From an uncultured virus (IMG/VR IMGVR_UViG_3300023257_000017) (Duplodnaviria; Heunggongvirae; Uroviricota; Caudoviricetes): DNA of 64,000 bases. The notes under the pieces are model-generated. The model made no database searches. It saw only the letters and a program-made list of their open reading frames with translations, and had not been told where the DNA came from. The position numbers and the translations under genes were made by a program. Every line of letters begins with the position of its first letter. The first letter of the stretch is position 1. The stretch lies in the IMG/VR virus record IMGVR_UViG_3300023257_000017, one strand, 5' to 3'. Below are positions 1-9,896 of the stretch, piece by piece.

Positions 1-42
1 AACAGCCTTATCAAGCTTTAAACTGATAGGAGAAAAAACAAA

Positions 43-285
43 ATGATACAAAACGAAATACAAAAGACAGAACTTAAAAGGCAACTGTGGAACGCAGATA
101 ACTGTTTTCTAATGAATGATAGTTTAAACAATACAACCATAAACCTAGAATTTCAAGCAATCGAAAATGGGCTTTATTCTATGCTTACAAGACAACCTAA
201 AAGGGCTAATCTAAATTACCTAGTAAAAAATGATTCTGTTATTGATAGATTGAAAAATGGGAATATTGTAAGAGGTGGTTTTTAA
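43..285 (+). CDS. hypothetical protein
   Basis: AGGAG RBS upstream; stop overlaps next start. Confidence 0.6.
   Translation: MIQNEIQKTELKRQLWNADNCFLMNDSLNNTTINLEFQAIENGLYSMLTRQPKRANLNYLVKNDSVIDRLKNGNIVRGGF
199..221 (+). repeat. dispersed bipartite motif copy 1 (AAAAGG-gctaatct-AAATTACCT)
   Basis: Same 14-nt offset between half-sites as the other copies. Confidence 0.7.
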
Positions 286-530
286 TGTACTTTTATAAGA
301 AATCTGATAAGAACAAAGAAAATGCTATCCATATAAGCGAAGCAGTACAATTTAAAACGCTATGGAATAAAGCAGAAAAGCTACAATCTGAACTAGCTAA
401 GATACAAAAGACCTTAATGTTTCAAGGGGAAAGCGTAGAAACTAAAGGACACCTATACCAAGCTATTGATAGCTTACAAAAATTTAAACATAACCTTAAT
501 ATTAAAAAAGGATTTGAGGAGGCTGAATAA
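285..530 (+). CDS. hypothetical protein
   Basis: GAGGTGG RBS; translationally coupled. Confidence 0.6.
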   Translation: MYFYKKSDKNKENAIHISEAVQFKTLWNKAEKLQSELAKIQKTLMFQGESVETKGHLYQAIDSLQKFKHNLNIKKGFEEAE

Positions 531-531
531 A

Positions 532-852
532 ATGGGAGAATATTCAATTAAAGCAAAAGCTACTTTTTTTGTAGAAGCTGATAGTCTCAAAGAAGCTATT
601 GAAGAATTAAAAGGAGGTAGCTGGTTTGATGTTAATTGTGATGAAATGGTAACTTTAGAAGATACACAAAAGGAACAAAATAAATTACCTGATAGACTAA
701 TGCACTTTAAATTTAACGAAAACCAATTAATACAATATTTGACCGACTTTTTGAAAGACCATACAAACTCACCAGTAGATGAAGAAGAAAGAAGCTATAT
801 TGCCGAATTTGTTATGAACAAAAAGGACAATTTTTATGAGGTAGAAAAATGA
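532..852 (+). CDS. hypothetical protein (two-module, motif in the middle)
   Basis: GAGGAGG RBS before ATG 532; contains QKEQNKLPD encoded by the motif. Confidence 0.6.
   Translation: MGEYSIKAKATFFVEADSLKEAIEELKGGSWFDVNCDEMVTLEDTQKEQNKLPDRLMHFKFNENQLIQYLTDFLKDHTNSPVDEEERSYIAEFVMNKKDNFYEVEK
668..693 (+). repeat. dispersed bipartite motif copy 2
   Basis: AAAAGGaacaaaatAAATTACCTGAT. Confidence 0.85.
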
Positions 853-1262
853 ATAAATTAAGAAGATTAGCAATTAGTATAATTGAAGAAGTAGAAGAAC
901 ACGTAGATAAATGTGAAAATAAAAAACCTTTTGATGAAGAGTCTTGGTATGCAATAGAAGACAAAATTTATGACGAATTAACTAAATATTTAATAGGCGA
1001 TGAAGAATGAGACAAAGAAAAAATATGGATGGAACATCAACTATATTTCTTAATCAAGAAGAAACAGTTAATTTGGAAAAGAAAGAAGATAGTTGGTATG
1101 AAAAGATGAAAATAAGAGGGATGTTAAAATGAAAACATTTAATGTAATAGATAAAAATAGTGATTTAGTTTGCACAATAGGAGCAGAGAGCGAAGAAGAA
1201 GCAATCAAATTAATCAAAATTGCAGCGAATGAAGGTAATCTATACGCTGAGGAGTGCGAAGA

Positions 1263-1787
1263 ATGAAAGAGAAAATAGACTTTATGGACGCTTACGAAGA
1301 TAACGACGAAATAAGAGAGTTTGTTCAAGAAGTAATAGGAGAAGATAAAGAAGTATTAGTAGAATATCATTTTTATAGTGATGGTAAACATAAAGTAAGT
1401 ATTGAGGGAGGATTGTCAATCTTACATATTGATGCATACACTAAAAGAAGTGATTTAAAAAACCAGCTTAAAAAAATAAGAGATAAACTAGAGAATATAA
1501 CTCCTGAAGAAAATAAAGCTACCTATTGGGTAATTAATAAACTTGACGAATGGAGAGAAACTTTCAGAAATGAAGAAATTGATGAAGATGGCGAAGATGA
1601 GAACCTAAAAGGATGGAAAGGTATTACTAGCTTAATTGATGGACTAGGGAATAAACGAATATTAACACACAAGGAACACCAAGAAGTATTATTTCATCTA
1701 TGGCAACATATTGAGCCTAAACTAGAAGAGTATAAACACGCAGAAAATTTAAGGTTACAAGTTTATGAGGAGAATAAAAATGACTAA
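1263..1787 (+). CDS. hypothetical acidic protein
   Basis: GAGGAG RBS; long ORF within operon. Confidence 0.65.
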   Translation: MKEKIDFMDAYEDNDEIREFVQEVIGEDKEVLVEYHFYSDGKHKVSIEGGLSILHIDAYTKRSDLKNQLKKIRDKLENITPEENKATYWVINKLDEWRETFRNEEIDEDGEDENLKGWKGITSLIDGLGNKRILTHKEHQEVLFHLWQHIEPKLEEYKHAENLRLQVYEENKND

Positions 1788-2076
1788 AGAATATGAAGAT
1801 AAATTTATTAAAAGGATAAAGACAAGTTCAACAGATAAAGAATTAAGACTTATAATAAATAAAATGTATGAAGATGGTTTTGAGGATGGTAATGAATTAG
1901 CAGACAAAGAAGAAGAACCACAAAAGGGACAAAATAAATTACCTGATAATTTTGTAACAAGAAAAGATTTGCATGAAGTAGAAATGGAATTAGCTGAGTT
2001 GTGCGATAATAATAAAATCACAAGGGAAGCAATCATTGATAAATTTACCATGCTTATGAGTGGGGTAGAAAAATGA
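1780..2076 (+). CDS. hypothetical protein (two-module, motif in the middle)
   Basis: GAGGAG RBS; contains QKGQNKLPD encoded by the motif. Confidence 0.6.
   Translation: MTKEYEDKFIKRIKTSSTDKELRLIINKMYEDGFEDGNELADKEEEPQKGQNKLPDNFVTRKDLHEVEMELAELCDNNKITREAIIDKFTMLMSGVEK
1922..1947 (+). repeat. dispersed bipartite motif copy 3
   Basis: AAAAGGgacaaaatAAATTACCTGAT. Confidence 0.85.
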
Positions 2077-2385
2077 AAATAAACGTAACTACAACTATTG
2101 AGATTGATAGAGAAGATATGACAAAAGATGAAATGATTGAAAAGATATATGATGAGTTTAAAGAGATAATCAAAGAAACTCATAATACTAATGATTTAAC
2201 TGCTTTCCTCTTTATTGACACCGATACAAATACAGAAATAGAGGATGAATAAAATGGACTGGAACACAAGACTAGAAGAAATTACCAAAGGACTAAAAGA
2301 TTGTTCTGATGAGGAACTAACCTACCTAAAAGAAGAAATACAGAAAACACAGCTTAATAAAACACCTTTTGGAGATGTATAGAGA

Positions 2386-2568
2386 ATGATAAGAGGGAAA
2401 ATATTAGCTTTATGTGAGTTTTGGCATATACTACAAAAAGAAACTGGAGCAGTAGATTATATTGATGTAGATATTCCTGCAATTAAAAAGACAGACATAG
2501 CTAAGACATTACATATATTTAGGGACGGAACGCACTATATAGAAGTCAATAAAGAAGAGGATAAATAA
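2386..2568 (+). CDS. hypothetical protein
   Basis: Short ORF with GGAG RBS in early array. Confidence 0.5.
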   Translation: MIRGKILALCEFWHILQKETGAVDYIDVDIPAIKKTDIAKTLHIFRDGTHYIEVNKEEDK

Positions 2569-2708
2569 AATGATAGAAAATGAAGAAGAACTGATGATTA
2601 TCAATTTTGATTATACTATACCTTTACATAAATTGTTTATTGATAAAATTCAAGCAGAAGCAAAAGTTATGGGATTAAAGACAGGATTTGCAAATATAGA
2701 GGAGTAAG

Positions 2709-2906
2709 ATGGAAAAAGGAAAAAGAACAGCTATGGAGATTGAAGTAGAAGAAATACATTTCAATAAAAGGACTTTAGATATTCAGGACTTCATTGAATT
2801 ACTAAGCGATGATGAACTTAAAAGGATTCATTCAGACCTATTAAATTATTGCCAATGTGGTAATTCAAAAGAGAATGAAGATTTGGTATGTGAGGAATGT
2901 TTATAA
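2709..2906 (+). CDS. hypothetical protein with C-terminal CxC...CxxC
   Basis: GAGGAG RBS; CQCG...CEEC. Confidence 0.55.
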   Translation: MEKGKRTAMEIEVEEIHFNKRTLDIQDFIELLSDDELKRIHSDLLNYCQCGNSKENEDLVCEECL

Positions 2907-2930
2907 AAGGAACATTCCAAATTACCTGAT
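2905..2930 (+). repeat. dispersed bipartite motif copy 4
   Basis: AAAAGGaacattccAAATTACCTGAT; overlaps the upstream TAA stop. Confidence 0.85.
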
Positions 2931-2968
2931 ACAATATGGGTTATTACCTTATAATAGGAGAAAATAAA

Positions 2969-3289
2969 ATGAGTAGAGCATACGATATTGAAGTAATGAC
3001 AGACAAATTAACATCAACACAATTAAGCGATATTATGGCTGGTGAATTTGGCTGGGAAGAAACACAAGAGACATCTGAGTACAATTATAAGAACGATAAA
3101 GGCGAAAAGCGTCAAGTTCAAACATTTATTGGAACTGGTTATTTATGTGGTGGAACATCAGAAGAAGATTGTTTTATACAGATAAAGAAAGAAATCAAGA
3201 AGCAAGTGCCTGAATGTAAGGTTAAAGTTAGATTAACAGACTTAGAGAATATACCTTCAAATAGATATGGAGATGTTTTTAATGATTAG
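2969..3289 (+). CDS. hypothetical protein
   Basis: AGGAG RBS before ATG 2969. Confidence 0.6.
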   Translation: MSRAYDIEVMTDKLTSTQLSDIMAGEFGWEETQETSEYNYKNDKGEKRQVQTFIGTGYLCGGTSEEDCFIQIKKEIKKQVPECKVKVRLTDLENIPSNRYGDVFND

Positions 3290-3421
3290 TAAAGAAGTAG
3301 AAAATGAACTATATAGTTTCATAGTAGATTCAAATTTAGAACAATCTATTATAGACCAATGTGAGAACGAATTTATTAAAAAGCAACTAATAGAATATTT
3401 TCAAATGGGAGAGGATGAAAA

Positions 3422-3808
3422 ATGAAAATTAAAAAAGAAATAGATGTATGTGATTTTTGTGAACTTGATGTAGATAACGTATTAAAGACATTATCGGTAA
3501 AACAATGTGATTTTTGTAATAAACATATCTGTGATAGTAATAATTGTAAAGGGAAAATTGACGAGTATATATATAATGGTGATTTACCACACGATTTAAG
3601 AAGATTCGCTCCTACTATTTGCAAGGAATGTTTAAAGAAAGCACACAAGGCAGAACCTGAAAGATATGGTGACGCTCGTTGTTCTGGTAATTCTTGGGCT
3701 TGTGCGTTAGCTGATAACTTTACGAAAAAGCATAAGGAAATAAATAACGAAATAACAGAGTATTTGAAGATAGAGATACAAAAATGCATAACTGCGAGTA
3801 AAAAATGA
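3422..3808 (+). CDS. Cys-rich putative zinc-binding protein
   Basis: CDFC..CDFC..C..C..CKEC. Confidence 0.6.
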   Translation: MKIKKEIDVCDFCELDVDNVLKTLSVKQCDFCNKHICDSNNCKGKIDEYIYNGDLPHDLRRFAPTICKECLKKAHKAEPERYGDARCSGNSWACALADNFTKKHKEINNEITEYLKIEIQKCITASKK

Positions 3809-3990
3809 ATAGAGAATATAAAAGAAAGGACTTAGGATATTGTAAGCTACCATTTATGATTGATTCATTCAAAGGGAATAAAGAAGATGGCTATTATATT
3901 GAATATGACGGATGGCACTTTGAAGCTAAAAGTATTAAGGCAGTCATTAATAAAGTATTAAGATATATATTTGTTGGAGGAGAAAAATGA
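3805..3990 (+). CDS. hypothetical protein
   Basis: ATGA overlap with upstream gene. Confidence 0.5.
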   Translation: MNREYKRKDLGYCKLPFMIDSFKGNKEDGYYIEYDGWHFEAKSIKAVINKVLRYIFVGGEK

Positions 3991-4304
3991 ACATTAATAC
4001 TACAAGTAGACTCTGGGCATTATTTAATTTTATGTGTTTGTTGGTGTGGTTTGTTTATCTATTTTTCCCACTTAATATATTAAGAATGATTGTAAGTTTA
4101 GGTGTAGGTAGTAGCGTATTTTATACTTATGCAATATATAAGGGGATGTATGTGGTAAAATGAATACAGCACAAACACTAAAAGATATGGTAAACAGCTT
4201 ACTGAGATGTCTTAGAGATATGGGACATTATGAACAAGAAGATATTATAAAAATAACATCAATGATTGATCGAAAATTTAACAAAGAGAAAGGAGTGATT
4301 TAAG

Positions 4305-4511
4305 ATGAAAGTATTTGTGGTAGAACAGAAAAGAACAAAGAGAAAATACCTAGTACTTAACAATTTTGTAGTAGGCGAAAAAGTATTTTACTTATTGAAA
4401 TCTCAGAATGGAAATCTAAAAGAGATTAAAAATAACGTACTAACCAAATATTATAGGTTTGTTAAGTTTGTTAATGATGAAGTTAATGTAGTTAATCAGA
4501 GGGCTGAATAA
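4305..4511 (+). CDS. hypothetical protein
   Basis: GGAGTGA RBS. Confidence 0.55.
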   Translation: MKVFVVEQKRTKRKYLVLNNFVVGEKVFYLLKSQNGNLKEIKNNVLTKYYRFVKFVNDEVNVVNQRAE

Positions 4512-4513
4512 AG

Positions 4514-4756
4514 ATGGCTAAAGCAACAGAAAAAGATATGGTTAATACAATCATAAAAGACATAGGAACATTGAAAATCAAAATGCTATTAAGAGCTACC
4601 GATATAATAGAACCTTACTTTAATGACAAGAATGAAGATGTTAATGAAACAAAAAGAAAGATAGAAGTTAGGACAATAAGGGCAATACTGACAGAAAAGA
4701 TTAAAACTCTTGAAATAGTAAGAAGTGCTAACGAATGGTTGAATGCAAAATGCTAG
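4514..4756 (+). CDS. hypothetical protein
   Basis: Operon context. Confidence 0.55.
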   Translation: MAKATEKDMVNTIIKDIGTLKIKMLLRATDIIEPYFNDKNEDVNETKRKIEVRTIRAILTEKIKTLEIVRSANEWLNAKC

Positions 4757-4961
4757 AAATAATAAACGATAACGGAGTTAAGCATACTTTGGGTGATGAT
4801 GGATTTACTTCAACAATCCCATATATACCAAAAAGAGAGAATAGAATTACTAGACGAAATCGTAATGAATGGTTGAAAAGTCAGCCTATTTGGTTTAAGA
4901 AAATGATGAATACAAAAGGAGCAGACGGAAAGAAAGCTTCAATAATAGAAGGTGAATTATA

Positions 4962-6500
4962 ATGAAAGATGAAATAATAAAATATGCAAAAGGATTAGGA
5001 GCAAAAGATACTGTTTTAAAATGGTTAGAACAGAGAGTTGATGAAGAAAAAAATCAAGGGGAAGTAGAACATATAGTTGATTACTTAGTATCTAATAAAG
5101 CACCTAAAAAATTAGATAGAGCAACATACAAACAGATGAAAGAAAATACAGATAAATGGGTGAAAGAACTTAATAAGAAAGCCAATAAAATAACTGAAAC
5201 AGAAAAAGATACAGAAGTTGTTTTAGATTTCAAAGACGGATTCAAGTTTGTTAGATTGATTGGAGAAAATGCTTACGCCAGAGAAGGATTATTGATGAAG
5301 CATTGTGTTCAATCTTATTTCGGAAAAGATGACGAAATTTATTCTTTAAGAGATAAAGATAATAACCCACATTGTACTATTTCAAAACAATCACAGCAAA
5401 TAAAAGGAAAAGGAAACGGTAGTATTAACCCAAAATATATTTCTTATGTAGTTAAATTCTTAAAATATTTAAAGATTGATGTTAGAGCTTCAGAAATGCA
5501 GAATTTAGGTTATTATAATGTAAGCAAATATAAAAAATATCTTAATGATGAAACAAAAAATAACCTTTTCAATAAAAAATATTGGTTTAAAGAAAATAAA
5601 TTAAAAGATAAAAATAATAATACATTCTATTGTTTTGAGATGTTAAATCAATTACCATTAATTACAGAAACCAAAATAGGAGTAAAAATAAATTTTAATT
5701 TACCTGCTTTTATAAAAGGTTCAATTGAATTTTTATATAATATAACTAAAAATAAAATTAGCAGTGGAGATTCTGCACAGATTGGAAGCAGTGGATATTC
5801 TGCAAAGATTGGAAGCAGTGGAAATTCTGCACAGATTGGAAGCAGTGGAGATTCTGCACAGATTGGAAGCAGTGGAGATTCTGCACAGATTGGAAGCAGT
5901 GGAGATTCTGCAAAGATTGGAAGCAGTGGAAATTCTGCACAGATTGGAAGCAGTGGAAATTCTGCACAGATTGGAAGCAGTGGAGATTCTGCACAGATTG
6001 GAAGCAGTGGAAATTCTGCAAAGATTGGAAGCAGTGGATATTCTGCAAAGATTGGAAGCAGTGGATATTCTGCACAGATTGGAAGCAGTGGATATTCTGC
6101 ACAGATTGGAAGCAGTGGAAATTCTGCAAAGATTGGAAGCAGTGGATATTCTGCAAAGATTGGAAGCAGTGGAAATTATGCAAAGATTGGAAGCAGTGGA
6201 AATTCTGCAAAGATTGGAAGCAGTGGAGATTCTGCACAGATTGGAAGCAGTGGAGATTCTGCACAGATTGGAAGCAGTGGAGATTATACACAGATTGAAG
6301 TAAAAGGACATGATACAGTTTGTTCTGCTATCGGTATTAATTCACAGATAAAAGGAGAAATAGGTACTTGGATAACACTTGCGGAATATGATATAAGCAA
6401 CAAACCTATATTTGTAAAGTCTGCTAAAATTGATGGTAAAAAACTAAAAAATAATGTATGGTATAAGTTAAAAAATAAACGGATAATTGAGGTAGAATAA
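4962..6500 (+). CDS. PcfJ-like domain protein with 9-aa IGSSGxSA(Q/K) repeats
   Basis: EGLLMKHCV...IYSLRDKDNNPHCTI...QIKGKGN is PcfJ-like; 20 nonapeptide repeats; C-terminal IDGKKLKNNVWYKL typical of phage SSG-repeat proteins. Confidence 0.75.
   Translation: MKDEIIKYAKGLGAKDTVLKWLEQRVDEEKNQGEVEHIVDYLVSNKAPKKLDRATYKQMKENTDKWVKELNKKANKITETEKDTEVVLDFKDGFKFVRLIGENAYAREGLLMKHCVQSYFGKDDEIYSLRDKDNNPHCTISKQSQQIKGKGNGSINPKYISYVVKFLKYLKIDVRASEMQNLGYYNVSKYKKYLNDETKNNLFNKKYWFKENKLKDKNNNTFYCFEMLNQLPLITETKIGVKINFNLPAFIKGSIEFLYNITKNKISSGDSAQIGSSGYSAKIGSSGNSAQIGSSGDSAQIGSSGDSAQIGSSGDSAKIGSSGNSAQIGSSGNSAQIGSSGDSAQIGSSGNSAKIGSSGYSAKIGSSGYSAQIGSSGYSAQIGSSGNSAKIGSSGYSAKIGSSGNYAKIGSSGNSAKIGSSGDSAQIGSSGDSAQIGSSGDYTQIEVKGHDTVCSAIGINSQIKGEIGTWITLAEYDISNKPIFVKSAKIDGKKLKNNVWYKLKNKRIIEVE
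5760..6299 (+). repeat. 27-bp coding tandem repeat, ~20 copies
   Basis: AGCAGTGGA(G/T/A)ATTCTGCA(C/A)AGATTGGA repeated head to tail. Confidence 0.95.
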
Positions 6501-6501
6501 G

Positions 6502-6726
6502 ATGGGAAATAAAATAGAAGTTGAAAGTAGTAATATACGAGCAATAAAACACAACGGAGAAGACAATACGCTTGATGTATGGTTTAATAATAGTGGAACA
6601 ACTTTTTATAGATACAAAGATGTAGATTTTATCACATACTCAGAACTTCTTACTGCTGAATCTGTTGGGAAAGCATTTAATGAAAAAGTTAAACATAAAG
6701 AATTCGACAAGATGACAGAAGAGTAA
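6502..6726 (+). CDS. KTSC domain protein
   Basis: VESSNIRAI...LDVWF...YRYKDV...AESVGKAFNEKVK signature. Confidence 0.85.
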   Translation: MGNKIEVESSNIRAIKHNGEDNTLDVWFNNSGTTFYRYKDVDFITYSELLTAESVGKAFNEKVKHKEFDKMTEE

Positions 6727-6750
6727 AAGGGGATCTAAAAATTACCTGAT
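6725..6750 (+). repeat. dispersed bipartite motif copy 5
   Basis: AAAAGGggatctaaAAATTACCTGAT; overlaps the KTSC TAA stop. Confidence 0.85.
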
Positions 6751-6773
6751 AAAAAAAGAGGTATAGAATAAGA

Positions 6774-7106
6774 ATGCCGAGAAGATGGAAATATCAAAGA
6801 AGATGTTGGATATGTAAAAAAAGACTGACAACTAATGAACCTAGAAAATTTAAATGTGATGAATGCATTGAAAAAATAAGACTAATAGAGGAGAAAAAGA
6901 AGATGGTAAAATATAAGGCTGTAAAATGTTCAAAATGTTTGAATGCGTTTGCGTCCACAAGAAAGGAAAGGATGAAATGTACATTCTGTGGGTGTGAATC
7001 AAAGAATCATATAGTACTATTAGAGACAGAGAAGGCAAAAGAGATGAGCGATACAGTGGCTAAATATAATTATGATAAAGGTATGAAAGAAAATGGGAAT
7101 ATTTAA
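6774..7106 (+). CDS. double zinc-ribbon protein
   Basis: Four CxxC motifs. Confidence 0.6.
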   Translation: MPRRWKYQRRCWICKKRLTTNEPRKFKCDECIEKIRLIEEKKKMVKYKAVKCSKCLNAFASTRKERMKCTFCGCESKNHIVLLETEKAKEMSDTVAKYNYDKGMKENGNI

Positions 7107-7899
7107 TAGTCTTTTTGGTATTGAAACAATTAATGACGAAAAAAAGGAATATGAATTAGGAGATTATGAAGAGACAGAACTTCCTTCACAAGAAGAAATG
7201 AACTCAACAATAGAACATTCAGAGAATTATAGTTATGAATATGTAAAGCCTAGAATATTTGAAACGATAGAAGGTGATTATACTAAATGGTGGAGCGATT
7301 TCAAGAAAGAACCTAAGTTGGTGATAATAATTGGCTCTAGGCGTAAAGGTAAATCTGCGTCAGCTTATTCAATAGGAGAATGCCTTGCACAGCAATCAAA
7401 AAGAATGATATATAGTATAGGAACAGAATCAGCAGAGCTTCCTAATTTCATCTACAACATAGATAATGTAGAAGATTGTCCTAATGATAGTATATTAGTC
7501 GTAGGAGAAGGAGGAATTGAAAGCAACGCAAGAGATTCAATGACAAAGAAGAACATAGGAGTCAGTAAATTAATGTCCGTAATAAGCCATAAAGGAATTT
7601 GGGTAATTTATGTAACACAATCGTCTTCAAAGCTAGATATTACATTAATAAGGGAATCTGATGTTATTATATTATTTGAGCCAAGTCTTATGATGATGGA
7701 TATGGATAGAGCAGTAATAAAAAAACTATACCATAAATATAATAATTACATTACTAAATATACTGAACAGATAAAAGGGAAAAAGGGAGTATGTATATTA
7801 TACTCTAAGGAATTAATTTGTACAATGAGATGGAAATTACCTAGCTTTTGGTGTGATAGTATATCGAAAAGTTATAAAGATAAAGATATAATGGAGTGA
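7093..7899 (+). CDS. P-loop NTPase (FtsK/HerA or Zot-like)
   Basis: Walker A GSRRKGKS; VIYVTQ sensor; Walker B position reads ILVVGEGG. Confidence 0.7.
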   Translation: MGIFNSLFGIETINDEKKEYELGDYEETELPSQEEMNSTIEHSENYSYEYVKPRIFETIEGDYTKWWSDFKKEPKLVIIIGSRRKGKSASAYSIGECLAQQSKRMIYSIGTESAELPNFIYNIDNVEDCPNDSILVVGEGGIESNARDSMTKKNIGVSKLMSVISHKGIWVIYVTQSSSKLDITLIRESDVIILFEPSLMMMDMDRAVIKKLYHKYNNYITKYTEQIKGKKGVCILYSKELICTMRWKLPSFWCDSISKSYKDKDIME

Positions 7900-8363
7900 A
7901 AAAGATGAAAATTAAAAATACAAATAAACAAACAAAAGTTGGTGAATACCACAAGTTATTTATTGTGCATAAAAAAACAAGAACAATAATTTATACTACA
8001 ATGTTAATAGATAGTTTAAAATATTTAATTCCACTAGTAAAAGAGTTAAGTGGGTTTAATAGTAGTGCATATGAATTGGTAATTACTAAAGAAGGATATA
8101 AAATCCTGAATGGGTTATTTGATAAATTATGGCATTTAGTTAAAAAATCAAGAATTGAAGCGATGCCATTTCATAGAGCATTCTTTTCTTCAAAAACAGA
8201 TGATAAAGGGGACTTAACTTTCTTTGCCTTACAAATCAAAATTGATAATTTAGCTAATTATTTAACAATAACAAAAAGAATTATGGGTGATTATGTGTTT
8301 TTTGAAAATAAAGTAGGAAATCTTTGGCAACAACAAGGAGATTACGGAGTGAAAGAAAAATGA
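7896..8363 (+). CDS. hypothetical protein
   Basis: Operon context. Confidence 0.55.
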   Translation: MKKMKIKNTNKQTKVGEYHKLFIVHKKTRTIIYTTMLIDSLKYLIPLVKELSGFNSSAYELVITKEGYKILNGLFDKLWHLVKKSRIEAMPFHRAFFSSKTDDKGDLTFFALQIKIDNLANYLTITKRIMGDYVFFENKVGNLWQQQGDYGVKEK

Positions 8364-8562
8364 ATGAATTAAAAACAACATTAAGCTCAAAAGAAAAATG
8401 TTATTTTGACTTAGGACAAACACCTACTATTGTATTTGAAGCTAAAGATGTAGTAGAAACATTTAAAAAAATATTAGACAGAGTACGCCATACAGATGAT
8501 AAGCCTGAACTTATAATTCAAGAAGAAATAGGAGATAAAATATTAAAATGGAGTGAAAGAAA

Positions 8563-8790
8563 ATGAGAAAACTAGGATATTTAAAATTAGCAAGACCAGA
8601 ATACAAAGATCAATGTATTATATTACAACAACAATTAAAGGATGAAGGATATGATGTTGATTTAGCTAGCGTGTCTTTTGCTTGGCAAGATTATTCTTCA
8701 TCATTATGTGCTGGATGGATGGGGCTACAAACCGCAGAATTAAATGTATCACATTTATTGCATTACCTGTCTGAATTTGGTGGTGAATAG
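8563..8790 (+). CDS. hypothetical protein
   Basis: GGAGTGA RBS; ATGA overlap. Confidence 0.55.
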   Translation: MRKLGYLKLARPEYKDQCIILQQQLKDEGYDVDLASVSFAWQDYSSSLCAGWMGLQTAELNVSHLLHYLSEFGGE

Positions 8791-8793
8791 AAA

Positions 8794-9153
8794 ATGGAAT
8801 TTACAAAAGAAATGAAAAAAGAATGTGATGAACACGTTGAATTTAAACTTAGAGATATATTGTCACATATTACTCAATCAATAAATAGAAATGAAACGCT
8901 CTCGTTCCATCTGGCATTTAGTGGAAATATTCAAGGGAGTAAAAAGGCAACACATATTAAAGAAGCATACGAAGAGTTTTTACAAATATTTGAAAAAGAA
9001 ATTAATATGCCTGTACCTAATTATGAAATGTCTGATAATAGAAAAAGGAAAAGAAAGGACAAAGCAATAGACGAAATAATGAAGATAATTCATCCTTCTG
9101 AGAGGCGTCTTGTAAATTCGTTTGTTAGAATAATTGAAGAAGCAATGGAGTGA
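8794..9153 (+). CDS. hypothetical protein
   Basis: GGTGGTGA RBS. Confidence 0.6.
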   Translation: MEFTKEMKKECDEHVEFKLRDILSHITQSINRNETLSFHLAFSGNIQGSKKATHIKEAYEEFLQIFEKEINMPVPNYEMSDNRKRKRKDKAIDEIMKIIHPSERRLVNSFVRIIEEAME

Positions 9154-9158
9154 AATAA

Positions 9159-9569
9159 ATGAGACAAATAAAATTCAGAGGAAGAGCATCGGAAGAATTC
9201 AACACATCAGATACAACAGTAGAGAAAGGGGATTGGGTCTATGGATATTTTTCAATGCAAGAAGTAGAAGCAAAAATATTTAATGTAGAATACGAAGAGA
9301 TTAAAGATCTAATGTTTGGAAGAGAAAAACCTTATTGCGATAAAAATGGAGTTCCTGTAAAAGTATTAAGGTTTGAAGCAAGATTTGAAAGAGATACTAA
9401 ACTTAAAGATGGTGGGTTAATAGTAAAAGGAATGTGTGCAGGACATATATGTACATTAGAACAGACAGAAAATATACTAAGTAAAATAAGTATAAATAAG
9501 ATTGAAGGGATTAATTGTATCTTTGATTGTGATAGGCGTAGTGGTTTGTTCAAGAGGTTGATATTATGA
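9159..9569 (+). CDS. protein with YopX-like N-terminus (probably chimeric)
   Basis: MRQIKFRG...GDWVYGYF start; the remainder lacks the YopX GQYTG motif. Confidence 0.55.
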   Translation: MRQIKFRGRASEEFNTSDTTVEKGDWVYGYFSMQEVEAKIFNVEYEEIKDLMFGREKPYCDKNGVPVKVLRFEARFERDTKLKDGGLIVKGMCAGHICTLEQTENILSKISINKIEGINCIFDCDRRSGLFKRLIL

Positions 9570-9683
9570 CTGAATCAAAATGCGAGCATAATTGGAGACA
9601 ATATTATAGAGTAGATAAAAACTATAATTATAGAGTTGTACCTAGTGGATTTTATTGTACAAAATGTAGAGAGATAGAAGAAG

Positions 9684-9896
9684 ATGACTGAACTAAAGAA
9701 ATTAAAGGATATGAAGTTTTATGTTAATGGATGCTTATCACAAGAATTAAGAAAGGAAGTAATTAAATGGATTAAATTTATACGCTCAACTAAATTTTAT
9801 GAGATTCAAAGATCAAATATTTTTAAGGATTCAAATGGATATTCAGAAAATTGGATAATGATGTTCTTTGGGATAACAGAAGAGGATTTAAAATGA
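9684..9896 (+). CDS. hypothetical protein
   Basis: Ends FFGITEEDLK; operon context. Confidence 0.55.
   Translation: MTELKKLKDMKFYVNGCLSQELRKEVIKWIKFIRSTKFYEIQRSNIFKDSNGYSENWIMMFFGITEEDLK

Noticed and set aside
5760..6299. Diversity-generating retroelement template/variable repeat
   Set aside because: No reverse transcriptase in the window and no separate TR/VR pair
5733..6311. Alternative-frame and antisense ORFs over the 27-bp repeat; possible CRISPR array
   Set aside because: The frames are open only because the repeat unit lacks stops. There are no unique spacers, so it is a coding tandem repeat.
7834..7844. AAATTACCTAG as another copy of the bipartite motif
   Set aside because: It lacks the AAAAGR half-site 14 nt upstream and lies in a conserved ATPase coding region
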